Positions 50,593-64,000 of a stretch of 64,000 bases of DNA are shown piece by piece. Every line of letters begins with the position of its first letter. The first letter of the stretch is position 1. Under the pieces are notes generated by a model. It was not told the origin of the DNA and did not search any database. It saw only the letters and a program-made list of their open reading frames with translations. A program made the position numbers and the translations under genes. Origin of the DNA: Cenococcum geophilum (lineage: Eukaryota); assembly GCA_050273025.1 (NCBI GenBank), contig CP158635.1:8990001-9054000 (forward strand), given 5' to 3'.

Positions 50593-53500
50593 TGTTAGGT
50601 AAAACCTAAGTAAATAGTTATATAGCTATAAGGTATAGGCGACCCTAGGGTAACCTAGGGGTGACTTGCCCGTAAGGTACGTACAGAGTATATACTTAGG
50701 GAAAACCCTTCCTACCTCGCATACAGACTCCTCCTTTTCCCTTAAGGATTTGTCTCTGTCTATATAATATACCCATTATTCTATTATTAGACTCCCTATT
50801 TATATCCTTACCTTATATTTAAATCCTTACCAATCTCCTTAGGAAGATAGCCGGTTTAATTTTTCTATAATACCTCTAAAAAGAAAACCAACGCCTATAC
50901 CTAACGGTAATATGCTAGTAATATAACTATAAAACGCCTTAGGATCTAGTGTAGACGAAACCGCTAGAAGTATACTAGTAATATCTAAGCCATTTTCTAA
51001 ATCTTAAAACGATTAGATATCTATAAAAGCTAGAGATTAATTTAACTTATATACCTAGGCTTAATAGGAGCTTAGTAAGGTTACTAGCGTCCTACCTAAT
51101 ACCGCTAATATAAAGGAGCTGGATAAGCTGGCTAAGAAAATAGCTAACTTATGGAGTATTATTGATTTAATAAAGCCCTCCTATTACCTCTTTAGTAAAG
51201 AGCACGAGTTATATGGCGAATGTATACGCCGATTAAATCTTAACGCCCTAGTTAAGAAGTTACTACCTAATATTAGCGGTACTACTTAACAGCATTTCGA
51301 CTAGTGAATTGCCGCAGTTAAGAACCAATTTAAGGTTAATAACGCTAACTATAACTATAAGCGACGTACGCGCTAGGCCATTAAAGGTCTTATAAAAGAA
51401 AAGATAATCGCCTAACTAGTTTATTGCCGGTTAGGTACTAAGGATAAGGGTTTTTTACTATAGGATAAATTTAAGACTATAGTCTAAGACTAGATTAGAA
51501 ACCCTATAGTAAGACGCTTTAATAACGCTATAATGTACTATATGGCTGTTATAAAGGAGAACTAGAGGTTTAATGTCTTTTTAGCCCGTATACGTAGCTT
51601 AGAGGACCTCTTCTTATATACCCCTTTTGTTAATCCTAAATAATAGGTAGACTTTTAGTTCTTATATCTCCTAGCCTACTTATAAGCAGAGCTCTTCTGC
51701 CAGAACTTCGCCCAACGGGTAAGAACCGCTAAAGACCTCTTTAATGAAATCCGCTGTATAAAGTAATTGCTTAATATTATAAAGCTCACAGAAGATCGCG
51801 TAGGTGGTAGCGGTAAATTATTACATATAAGGCGCGGTCGCAGTATAGGCTCCGTAGAGTTAGGCTTAGAAAATAAAACCTAAAAAGGGTAACGCTTTTT
51901 TAAGTAAACTCCTAGGGAGACTACCTAAAAGCTAGATAGCTTAGGGGACCCCCTAAACGCCGGTGCTATGTAGGCGAGTTAAAGGACTATAGGCGGCCAC
52001 TATAAGGAATACTGGAAGTAGGCTAATAGAGAGAAGTTAGCTCGGCCTTTAGAAAACCTAAAGCCCTAGTAGCATATCTCTTTTAACTGCAACTAGGGCC
52101 TAATATAGAGGGAGAGAAGAAATATATTGTGGTATATGTTGTAATAAATACGCCCTAGGGCGAAGTCCGCCTATATGCCTTATACGATAATAGGTGCTAA
52201 ATTAACCTTATTAATTAAGATATCGTCTATAGGTTTAACCTGCCTATATACTACGCGCTATATTTACGTAAACCTATTATATATTTCCTTAATAGTAACC
52301 AGATAATAATTTGGGATGCTTATAATCTAATAGTTACTACTAGTGACTCCTAGGGTACCCCTCGCACTATTAGGCCGCAGACCTTTTAGGGCGGCTTATT
52401 TAATAGCTATAATATAGTTCTTAGATAGGATTGGCTTGTAGAAGTAGATCTATTAATTAGCTTCCGTTTTAGATAGTTTATTTAGGGTACTTCGGACCCT
52501 AGACACCTCTAAATAGTCACCCTTAACGCTCTTCTAGTAGATATTAAGGCTAGTAAAATAGTCTATTTGCTATAGCTAGAAGACTCCTTTTTTACGCCAG
52601 TCGTAAATATAATAGAGGACCTATTATTACTGGTAGCGAGTACCTATATAGACCCTTTAGATGTAGAGATACCGGTTATAAATATAGTAGAGGACCTGCC
52701 GTTACTAGCAGCGAGTACCCGTAGAGACCCTTTAGTATTAGCGTAGATTACCTATACGCAAGGGGGAGGTAATTAAAACCCTAAAATTATTAAGTATACT
52801 ACAGTAGAGCTATATGCACTCTCTATACGAGTATACCTACGAAATGTATATCGGCTACACCCTTTTCTTTACTGGCTCCCGGAAGCACACTACTATATAA
52901 TAGTCGCTTTAACCTCTATGGCCCCTAGCTTACCAGATATATATAAGGAGGAAATTAATATCTTTTCTAATAAGCTAGTAAGCATACTGCCGTAGAACTC
53001 TAAGTACGACTATATAATCGACTTAGAAGAAGGCAAGACGCTATTATAAATGCCCCTCTATAACCTCTTATAGAAAGAGTTATAGATTTTACGGGAGTAC
53101 CTAGACAGTATTCTTAAGAAGGGCTGGATTAGGCCTAGCAAGTTGCCTACTAAAGCGCCTATCCTCTTTATGCCGAAAGCAGACGGTATAATACGGCTAT
53201 ATATTAACTATAGACGCCTAAATAAGATCACGATTAAAAATTAGTACCCCCTACCGCTAGTTAGCGAACTCTTTAATAGGCTTAGCTATGCGAAGATATT
53301 TATAAAGCTAGATCTTTATAATATATACTATAGGATTTGCATTAAAAAGGGAGACGAATGGAAGACCGTATTTAAGACACGCTATAGTTACTTTAAGTGC
53401 CTAGTAATGCCCTTTAGTTTTGCTAACGCCTCTATAACGTTTTAGAGCTATATTTATAAAGCTTTAGAAACCCTAGTAGATACTATCTACGTAGTCTACC

Positions 53501-56500
53501 TAGATAATATTCTTATCTACTTAAATAATAAGGATAAGCACGTTAAGCACGTTAAGCAGGTACTACGACAGCTCCGCGCTCAGGGCCTATACGCTAAACT
53601 ATTAAAATATATCTTTTATACTAAGAACGTTAAGTTCCTAGGCTTTATTATTACCCCTAGGGGTATTATAATAGACCCTGACCGCGTAAAAGCTATTAAG
53701 GAATGGCCTAAGCCTGAGTTTTATAGGGATATCTAGGTCTTTCTTAGCTTTGCCAATTTCTATAGGCGATTTATCTGGAACTACTTAAATACTATATACC
53801 CCCTAAACGTGTATCTTATATAGGCATATTATAACCTAATATTAGATAGGGAGAAGAAGTAGAAGTATAAGTTAAAAGGGCCTACTAAATGGCATTAACC
53901 TTAGTTCTGGCCTAACAACGCATAGTAGGCGTTTTATAAGCTACGCGCTATATTTACGCAGGCTCCTCTACTTTGCTACTTTAACCCTAATCTACCCCTA
54001 ATAATAATTACTAATGCTTCTGACTATGCCTATAGTGGTATACTTCTACAGCCATTAGGGTAAGAAGATTAACTCTACTAGCACCTAATTGCTTATTATA
54101 GTTAGAAGCTTACTAGCCTAGAAGTACGGTATAATACGTATAACAAAGAACTACTTGCTATAGTGTAATACTTTAAGACGTGGCGTTACTACCTTAAATA
54201 CGCCGCGCATATAACGCGCGTGCTTTGTAATTATAATAATCTTAGGTACTTTATAACCACTAAGAGCTTATCTGCTTACCAGGCCCGGTATACTAAAGAA
54301 CTAGCTAAGTTTAATTTTAAGATTAAATATAAGCTAGGTAAAGTAAATCCCGCTAATATACTATCCCGGCACCCAGATTATACTAAAGGCTTTAAAGATA
54401 GTAGTAAGAGGATAATTCTTAATGCTATGCTGCCTATATTATAGCAAAAGTTATAGGTTATAGGCCTTATAGGTGGCCCTAGTGCTACTATACTAAACTA
54501 GTGAGTAGCATGCGTGTAGTATATAAGCGACTTTTATAAACTTAGCGCCGGCGGACTAGAGCGTCCTACTATTCTCTTTAAGACTACTTTAACTAACCTA
54601 ATGGCGCTTAACCCTAGGGAAGACCCCTTAGCCTAGGCTATAGTCCCCCGTAATGACCTAGCAAGTCACCTATATATTATACGTTACTTCGCTAGCACTA
54701 GCTTTACGCAAAGTCTCGTGCTATGGTAAGAGGTAGTAGTAGCTACTTTAGCCGAAACGGCGTTTATAGAATACCCCCCTAAGTTACTAGTTAATTTTAT
54801 TTACGGAGTATAAAAAAGGGACGCCTTTATACGCTCTATATATAATTAGTTAACTTAAAAATAAGTTCTTACTAGTAATAAGGACTATACCCTTAATAAT
54901 TAAGGACTCCTAAGGTAAAATAATAAGGTCTAGGTGCCGAATTATATACTACTATAATAGGAGATCCTTAAGCGGAATTATGACGATCTTATAGGCGGCC
55001 ACTATAGTTTTAACCGTATTTTTAAGGTAATTATATGGAAGTATACTTGGAACGGCCTTACCTAGGACCTCCGTAAATACCTAGATAATTATAATACCTA
55101 CTAATGCTTTAAATTGCGCCGCTATAAACCCTATAGTAAGCTATAGCCTCTTTAGGCCCCCACCTAAGCCTAGTGGTATTATTTACTTAACTTTATTACG
55201 GATTTCCCAGAGTTTAAAACTCCTAATAGCGTAGAGTATAACTCTGTCCTTGTCCTTATAGACCGTTTTATAAAGCTGGTGCGCTACTATTTAGTGCGTA
55301 AGATAATTAATGCTACGCAACTCGCAGAACTCTTATTTAGAGTCTTTATATAAATAGGACCTTTAGATAATATTATCTCTAATAGGGGTAGTATATTTAT
55401 AAGCGAGTACTAAAGCATTGTATGCTACTATCTCCGCGTTTAACGTAAACTTAGCATTATATTTTACCCGTAGATAGATAGTTAGATAGAGCATTAGAAC
55501 TAGGAGCTTAAGGTATACCTACGTATATTTATAAACTAAAAATAGTCTAATTGGGCCTCCCTACTTAAAGAAGTAGCCTTTACCTATAACTCTAAGATCT
55601 ATGCTATAATAAAGCGTTCCCCTATTAAGCTTGCCTATAGCTAGCTACTAAATATCCCGGACGAAGTCCTAGACAGCGTTTAAGACGCTTAGTAAGGTAG
55701 AGAGGGGTCTAAGTTAATAAATATCCAACTCGCAGAGACGTATTTATAACGCTTACGCCTTATATATAAGGCAGCGGCGGCGTTAATAATGCACGCCTAA
55801 AAGCTTTAGGTAAAATACTATAATCGTTACCACCTAGCTAAGCATTTCGCTGTCGGTAAACGAGTCCTACTCTCCTCTAAGAATATCCGCATAAAACGTC
55901 CTTATAAAAAGCTTAACTATAAGTTTATAGAACTGTTTTAGATCCTAGAGCGTGTAGGCCAGCAAGTATATAAGCTAGAGCTCCTATTTACTATAGCACG
56001 GCTCTACCTAGTCTTCTATATCTCTCTACTAGAGCCTTATAGGTTACGTCCTGGGTTTTAACCCCTAGTAGTAAAAGAGCTTAAGGAAGGCAGCTAGGAA
56101 GTAGAAGTAATTATTACCTACTAAGATTGTACTAGATAACCACAGTACCTTATTAAATGGCTAGGATGGCTAAATAAGTATAATAAATAGAAATACGAGA
56201 CAGAACTTAAGAATTGTTAATAACTGCTAGATAAGTATTGTAAGCGGGACACCCTAGCCTTATAGCCGAAGCGTAGGCGAAAAGTAAGCGCCGCTGTTAA
56301 AATATAACCTGCATTAAAGTGGAGTAGAGGATGTCTTAAGGGATTAAAGAATAAGCAATAATTGCTCTAAGCAGATCGTTTATATATTAGAGAATAGGCC
56401 TATCTATAACCGGGGTTTATTTAACTAGGGTCTATAACCTACTAGTAACCTACTAGTGGTAACCTGTACTAATAACTTATATACTATTTTATATATATAC

Positions 56501-57346
56501 TACGCAGATAACGTATAAGGCTAAAGTATAGGTTAGTGGCGGGTCTAACGGGTATATAGCCTTACCGTCCTAATCTGGCTGTATGTAAATAACCTATAAC
56601 CTACCCGCGAAGTATATACAGCGCTACGCCGGTATAGCGTAAGGCCAAAGCAGGGTTAGCGGCGGATTTAATAAGTATATAGCCTTACCGTCTATGAATC
56701 TAGTTGCATATAAATAACCTATAACCTACCCGCGAGGTACTAGCGACCTACCTACACAAGTAAGCTTTGGAATAGTTCTGGTCTACCAAATTCAGGCGAT
56801 AGTATTAAGCTTTACTAGCCCTACTTGTTAAATAGACTAATTAGGATTTTCTATACCGGGTATATAAAATTGCTACTAGCTTAGTTAAATGTGGGGTAGT
56901 CTTAGTAAGGCAAATCTAACTAATTAGATAACTTTAACCGCTGGTTAAAGTTCCTTAATATCTTCGCGCCGCGTGTATATACTACCCGTCTCTCTATACG
57001 CAAAATTAAAACGCTCTTTTCCTTCCAAATTTTTTCCTTACTAAGGTTTTTTATGGGGTTTTATTAAGGCTTAAGTATATAAAGGATTGGGGACAACCCT
57101 TTTTAAAGGGGGGGGGGGTATTATTAGGTAAAACCTAAATAGATAATTATATAGCCGTAAGGTATAGGCGACCCTAGGGCAACCTAGGGGTGACTCGCCC
57201 GTAAGGCACGTGCAGAGTATATACCTAGGGAAAACCCTTCCTACCTCGCATACAGACTCCTCCTTTTCCCTTAAGGATTTGTCTCTGTCTATACAATATA
57301 CGCATTGTTCTATTATTGGACTTCCTATCCACATCCTTACCTTATA
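50593..57346 (+). mobile_element. Gypsy-3: full-length Ty3/Gypsy chromovirus, RIP-inactivated
   Basis: 225-bp LTRs (50593-50817, 57122-57346), TTAGG target-site duplication, poly-G purine tract; relic RT (EWKTVFKTRY, YLDNILIY), RNase H, integrase, chromodomain (~56090-56210). Confidence 0.95.
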
Positions 57347-57792
57347 TTAGGTTATTACTATATATTAGGATATTGTTAATATAAGCAGTATAGAAGATGT
57401 CTAGGTAGGGATATAGGGTATTATTTATATAATGTTAAAACAAGCTTAGAGTATTTGTGAGGCTAAATGGCGTTACTAAGTATTTAAATACTCTATACCA
57501 AGTATAAAATGTAGTAAGCTATTTATCTCCTTTTGCTATACGGAGGCGGTTAAATATAGAGATAATATTAAGCTTTATATAGTAGCGAGCCTTACTTAGT
57601 TAGTTTAGTGTCTCCTATATTAATAGGATTGGATATTAGTTCTTAACAGTAACGGTATTAAGAGCTTAGTAGTCTATATAGAAACGTAAACCGCTACCAG
57701 GTTTCTTAATAAAGATTACTAGTACGGCTATAGGTAATAAGCTTGCTCTAATAAATCCTTTGCTTAGGTTCTTATCTAAATACTTTTATAGT

Positions 57793-60700
57793 TGTTGGTC
57801 ACATAGGGTGACTCACTAATAACGACTACTCGAGTAGGGTTACAGTGATGTTGGTTAATAAAGCTTATTGATTGGAATGAGGGAGGGCGAGGAGCTTAAG
57901 GCTCCTCGCCACGCTAGTGCCGCGGCGTCATGTAATGACCGCTTGCCTCATTCCCGACACTAGCAACTCTTCTTTTATAGTTGCCATCTATATACAAATA
58001 CTGCTTGACTAGCGTAACAAATACTAATCCTCCTTACTTACTATTGCTATCGTAATATAAGTCTCGCTATTCTAAAAATTGCCTCTTAGCACGTAGTGCT
58101 TTCTTACTTAGAGTTATAAATATATATCGTGTTAGGGCCGCCAAGGCGCTAATTATAAGCGAGCCAATAGCGATTTTCTATCCCGGGGATAGAAAATCCT
58201 AATTAGCTGAGTTAAGTCAGGGTCTATAGAATCTGGCTAATTAGACAACTTTAACCGGCGGTTAAAATTCCTAGACATCTTAAGACCTTACGTAACTAAG
58301 AAATTTCTAGGGACTCCCTTTTAACCTAACCTTTAACTTATATACGTAGAGTATTTATATTAATAAACGTCTCTAGTGCCTTGTTTAGGTTCGCCTTTAT
58401 CATTACATCTACCGAGTTATCTTGGCCATTAATTTATTAAATCTTAAAGAGTTCTTAACGCTTATAGGATTGCTAAAGTGCTATAATATTAATTATAAGG
58501 CGCTTCTCCTTTATAGTACTAAGCTTAACTAAATACTTATAGAGGGAATATAAGTCGGTATACACAATTATAGGGATAATAGAAAGTTTAAGTCAATCCA
58601 TAATTATTTTTAGGGTAGTTCTAATTGCAATTGCTATATTAACTCCGCCAACTATTCCGTATATCTCTAACGCTAGAACGCTTTAAGTAACGCGTTTACT
58701 CTTAGTTAAGCTCTAATAGATAAGATTGCCGTAGATTATAAAGTTATTCTCTCTAGTAGATTTATTTGCAATAATAATCTTATATCCTAGCTAGGAGCTA
58801 AAATCTTTATTATTTATAAACAATCTATTAATAAATATAAAGAGCCTAGCAATAGGAAGATTAATAGGCACGTAGTGTAGTCCCCAGTTAAGATAGTTTA
58901 TTTGCCAAAAAAGACGTTTATTTAGGGCAAGAACGTCGTCCTTAATTAGTTCCTAGTATTAGGCGGTAACAGAGAGATTAAATAAAGCCTTAGGTTAATA
59001 GATAAAAGTAATATAAGCTCCGCAAGCGCGTTGCTCCACATATCCTTATTTTAGAGAGTTAACGTTAATAACGTCAATTTTCTTACCTTAACCCTTCTGG
59101 CGTAAAGCAATAAAATCCTTACTTAGGGAGAGGATACATCTATTAAAAAGTAATGGTGTTATTAAATTAAGCTTTTCCTTTAGCTTTGCTATAAGATTTA
59201 CCTTTACTAGCTTATCTTCTTTAAGAGCTAAGAACTAGTCGTCTCCTAAGATAATTATATCGTCAGTTTATATGCCGACAATTCTAAATAGAATTCCCGT
59301 AGTTATAATAAGGAAGCAGGGATTGAATATAAAAGTAGTTATTAAAAGCTTCTCTTTATAGTACCTACTATAGGTAGCCCACTAGTAAGTTCCTACCTCT
59401 GCGATTCTATACAATGGCTTAAGTATAACTATAATTATATCTTTGGGATATTGGTGGCGAATTTACTCTAGAAGGTATACTAATATTAAGCGCTAAAGGT
59501 GCGTCTCTAATTAGGTGTAGGCCTAAGTAATATCTCGCAAATAGACCGCTATTCTATTCTTTATTAGGGAGGGAGCTAGTGCAATAATAACTTGCTAACT
59601 AGCTCGTTAAATCGTAGGAGATTGCATAAGAATTACCTCCTTACTATTATTATTATAACCTTAAATAATAAGCCTTGATTTCTTAAATGGGGCGTTAGTA
59701 GCTTTACCCTTAATCTTATTAACTATTCTTAACTTAAAGATACGAACTCCACCAAATTTAGTAGGGTTATACTTCTTAAATTTAAAGACTCCTTTTATAA
59801 TAAGACCATCAATCTCCTACTTATTAGATACTTAGAAAGGAGCTCCTAGAGTTATAATACAACCTTCCTTTTAGAGCTGTTTTACAAGTTCAAAGTTAGC
59901 CTTCTCCTTAGCTATTATAAAGGCTATTAATAGCTTAACTCTATTCTTAATAGCGGCAACAAATTGCTCTTTAAAATTAATAAGATATTAGCAATTTTGT
60001 AATCCCTTTAGGTAACCCCTACCGCGTTATAGTTGCGGCGTTTCTACTATAATTATATTAGAATTATGGTCGCCTTCTAAAGCACGTTAATTGTGGCTCT
60101 TCTTTAGGGCCTCCTCTATAGCATCCTATAAAGGCTTAGAACTATTATCTTTATAGTAAGGCTTAATAACAGTTAAATAGAATTAAGTGGGTCTGTAAGG
60201 TATCTAAATAGTATAAGTCTAACTATTAATTGCAATAAGTTAATATAGGCCTAACTATCCTCCCTTTTTACGCTATACGCGTACTTTAAACTAGAGTGGC
60301 AGATTAAGCATAGTTAAGGTGTTTGGGCCATTTCTTATTCCTAGTGCATTATTAACCTAGCGTATAGCGTAGAGATATTATACCTCCTTTATTGCCTTCT
60401 AAATAGCCTTAGCTCGTTATATAACGGAGGAAGATAGTAAAGAATTATTAGTTATTTAAGGGTAGGCGCTAAAGACTAGTAATATAGGTATAAGTCCATC
60501 TGGGCCAGCGGAATTGTTAATGGCTTTAATAGCCATTTGTAAGGTAAGTTCTTCGCTAGTATCCTCTAATTCTAAAGAGATAATTTTATATACGCGGCGT
60601 AATAGCGCGTAATATCGCTTTACTTTTCTAATACTGTTATATGCCTTAATAGGGACTTCCTTAACCTCGATTGCTATTGCTTTTATCTATTATTAAAACT

Positions 60701-63700
60701 TTGTAGATAAGAAGTTCTTTTCTATATTATAGATGATTTAATTAGGGGGTCCTAGGTAGATATTAATTTAGCATAATTATAGGGTATCCTATGCGTTCCT
60801 AGCTAATATATCCTTTAAGAAACGCACGGCTTAGAAGGAGGTTAAGAAGTTAATAACTTAGAGCACTAGCTTGCCGCTAAGATATATAACGTTAATAATA
60901 ATATAGAAGTTAAAGTCGTAGTTATCCTTAAGGGTAAACTTAAATCAGCTAGGGGACTTCTAGTTTATTTAGTAGTAATAGTAATACTTTATAAGATACT
61001 TAATTGCCTTAACCTTAACTTTATAGCCTACTTACTAAAGAACCCTAAGTAATTAATAAACGGATAGGTAGCCAAAACGACGGTGTAGTTAGCGTAACTC
61101 TAACTTAGTTAAGTAGCTCTAAGTAACACTCTTTTCTAGTTAATAAAGGAGTAACTAGGGGTAACCCCACTTACGTATAACGGGCACCCGATTATCTCCC
61201 TAAATAAGTATATTCTTAAGGTTATTAAGCCTAACGCCTAATTTATTTATATCTTTAATATAAAATAGAAACGGGGTATTTGTGGGAATAATATAGAAAG
61301 TAATGCACCCTAAGGGGGTTTGGACCCTAATTATGCTAAAAGAGATTATAGTACCCTTGCTAAAACAAATCGTGTATTGGCCTACCATTAAATAGTTAAT
61401 CTAAATAGAGCTATTAAGCTACTAAAGGGCTCAAACTTAAGGTTCTCCTATTATAGATACTCCTGCGGCTCTAGTATCTGGTATAATACTATAGAAGACG
61501 TTCGCCGAGTATCTGTTATTAAAGGAGAACGCGAAACTCTCCCTTGGCTTATTAAAGATATTTAACTTTGTGGTAAAATAGAGCGTAGATTAGTTATTAA
61601 GAATAGTAACGGTTTATATACTATCTACCTTACTATACTTAGTAAAGTATTGGTTAGGTAAGTATTCCTTAATTTCTATATCTATAAGGAGCTGTTTAGC
61701 CTTATTAACCTTACCTTTAAGATCTTCTACGCCTTTATATTAAACTAGGAAGCTTTAAAAGTAGGCCGTAGTAACCTTATAATTTCCAACATTTCTTACA
61801 CTTTAGCGAAACTTGTTATATACCTCCTTTTACTTATTAAGAGAATGCCTAGTTAACTAGCAATTTAGTTTCTTATAAACATAGCACTTTTTCTAGCAAT
61901 TACTTTAAAATAAACCTCTATAAGGGCCTCCACCTTTACCTTATAGTCGTTAATTATACCCTTTATTATATTATCCACCCTAGCCACTATATATTTAATT
62001 AGTCTAGTTATAATCATATTAGTTAGGCGGGTCAATTAAAGTAGGTTAGAGTTAGGCGTTAAATTGCTGTACTTCTTAAGAGCGTAGAGTGGTGCTAATA
62101 GAAGATCTTAATTAAGCATATACTCCTTTATAAGTATTTATAGGATTAAAGAGAGTAAGGTTATATTCTTTAACACCTTAGCATACGCTAATGACTTAAT
62201 TACGTAGGCTAAAGTCCTCTTAATATAATTCGGATAAACCACGCTAAATTATCTAAAGTTAATTAAAGAGCTTTTAAAGATAATTAAGCCGAGGGATACC
62301 TGGGTTTATAGCAATAATCCTTAAAAAGGTAGTCTCTCTTTATTCTAATATATACTGCTACTTATTCTCTTCTATTTTAAAGTAGTATCTTAACTTATAT
62401 ATTATGCGGTTAAAATCGTATCCTTTTCCTGCCAAATAATTATAATAGAAGGTACTAGCTTGGCCCTTAAGCATAACGGAATAGGCGTTATAGTATTAAT
62501 TAGACTCTATTCCTACCTTCTAGCAACAGTTATAGAAGATATATAGTTTCGAATTAAGAACATTATATAATTCCCCACTAAACTTCCTCTCCTAATCTAA
62601 ATAGAGCTTCGTAAGCTCTATAAGCAATTTTAAACTGCCTCTAATTTAAGATTAAGATAGAGGAAGTAGGGGTTGTATTATAGGCTGTAGTAGGGATATA
62701 GGTCTAGTTGGTAAAGTCTAAAGGTTATTAAATTGCGAAGTAATAGAATCCTATGCCTGCTCTCGTTAGGGTATAGTATCCAATATTAAGGTTACGGGTT
62801 AAATTAGATATAGAGGAGTTGAAGGCAGAGGTAGGTTTGTCTCTAGAGGTATATTGCTTAGGTTCTATTATAAGTTAAGCTTTCTTATAGTGCGTAGTTG
62901 GTGCTTAATCTCTTATAGAGTCTATTTATGCTCTTCTTTTGCGTCAATAACCTACTCCTAAATATTGTCTCTAATAGTACCCCCGTCCTTAGGGATAAAT
63001 ACTTTATTCTCCTAAAGGAAGTTACGGAAGTCCTATACAATATCCTTATTTATAGGGGCCTATATTTCCTTTATCCATCTAATAAAGTCCTCCTTTATAT
63101 ATTCCCATAGCGCGGTATTATTGTATTTACTGTCCTTATAATATGCTATACGGTATAATAAAAATCTATTTAAGTCTTATTTATTAGCGTTTATAAGGTT
63201 AATTATAGCTTTATTCTATATCTTTAGGTTAATATCTTCCTTATACTTCTTTGGGTAGGTTAACGCTATAGTAGGTATAGAATTAACGGGGTGTCGTACG
63301 TTAAAGGTAGGTAGGATTTTCGGTTTTATAGGATCTCGTAGGTTCGCTGTTAAAAGGTAGACAATTTAAGATGTAGTTGACGCGTTTCGGACGTTGACTT
63401 AGGACCTTAGGTTTAGTGACACTTCTAACCTAAAGTACTCGACCAAATCTTCGTAAACGTAGTTGTTCTGCGTAATAGACGCAACTTAGTATCTCCTAGT
63501 ACTTAGTGATACTTCTGTTACTAGTTTTCCGTAAGTTTAAGGTAGTATAGTGTTGCCGGGATCTATTCCATATAAGCGCATATAGCACCCCTATATGAGA
63601 CTGTCTCTTCTATTTAAAGACCTAGCTGCTCTATAGTTAACTGTATATTCAACCACTGATTAGTATTGGTCATATAGGGTGACTTACTAATAATGACTAC

Positions 63701-63830
63701 TTGAGTAGGGTTACAGTGATATTGGTTAATAAAGCTTATTGATTGGAATGAGGGAGGGCGAGGAGCTTAAGGCTCCTCGCCACGCTAGTGCCGCGGCGTC
63801 ATGTGATGACCGCTTGCCTCATTCCCGACA
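57793..63830 (-). mobile_element. Copia-2: second full-length copy of the Copia-1 family
   Basis: 167-bp LTRs (57793-57959, 63664-63830), ATAGT target-site duplication; colinear with 33406-39515, differing mostly by transitions plus a few indels. Confidence 0.95.
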
Positions 63831-64000
63831 ATAGTACTTAGAGTTCGTTTTAGGACATCCTATATAGGGGTCTAAATCTAGGCTGTTTTCCTTCTTTAAG
63901 TATGATCTTATGGTTATATAATTAGTGTTTTAGTAGCTTATCGGCTTTCTTTTATAAGAATACCTTTAGGCGGTTATAATACTCTACTAATACCTTTATA

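Larger units (their letters stand above)
25000..64000. other. AT-rich RIP-mutated repeat block
   Basis: Pervasive TpA excess and CpA/TpG depletion; paired LTRs and the two Copia copies differ mainly by C>T/G>A; no long ORF survives. Confidence 0.95.
40577..64000 (-). mobile_element. Gypsy-2: Ty3/Gypsy chromovirus split by three nested insertions, continuing beyond the window
   Basis: 3' LTR about 40577-40936 preceded on the minus strand by purine tract AAAGAGGGGGTAC; chromodomain and integrase 40940-42632; RNase H/RT 49883-50592; RT 57347-57792 (YINNILIYS from YIDDILIYS); continues at 63831. Reading frame rejoins across each insertion checked. Confidence 0.9.

Noticed and set aside
57108..57118. 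Poly-G run as a G-quadruplex element
   Set aside because: Explained as the polypurine tract of Gypsy-3.
26622..63110. Short ORFs listed in the repeat block (e.g. 26622, 35452, 38544, 42668, 57071, 62928)
   Set aside because: Antisense or residual frames of RIP-degraded TE sequence; 54220 and 61200 are merely surviving pol fragments.
24974..64000. Starship or endogenous virus
   Set aside because: No tyrosine-recombinase captain, capsid or viral polymerase motifs seen; nearly all sequence is accounted for by delimited TEs.

Overview
Fungal (filamentous ascomycete-type, intron-containing) genomic window with two sharply separated compartments. 1-24.9 kb is gene-rich: a GNAT acetyltransferase, PRS1, two small orphan genes that look like divergent tandem paralogs, a Zn2Cys6 transcription factor, RRG7-like, MED21, a hypothetical membrane-anchored protein, an MCH1-like MFS transporter, TMS1/Serinc, an acetoin-reductase-type SDR, and three small inverted-repeat MITE-like elements. 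24.97-64 kb is an AT-rich block of nested transposons heavily mutated by RIP (TpA-rich, CAA/CAG/TGG turned into stops), whose insertion order can be read from termini and target-site duplications. A foldback Tc1/mariner-type MITE (24974-39581) contains a complete Gypsy (25368-33085) and a complete Copia (33406-39515). A second, minus-strand Gypsy (from 40577 past the window end) contains a 7.25-kb Helitron-like element (42633-49882), a third Gypsy (50593-57346) and a second copy of the Copia (57793-63830). Most notable: the Helitron has a non-canonical ~90-bp terminal hairpin and carries a spliced, convergent DUF3716-like Cys-rich gene beside tandem repeats; Gypsy-1 carries an antisense, spliced Zn-cluster-like accessory ORF; and Copia and Gypsy 3' regions share palindromic CCAAT-flanked modules, one with a compensatory base-pair change. 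All protein and family calls come from motif recognition by eye, often after mentally reversing RIP; no database search was run.
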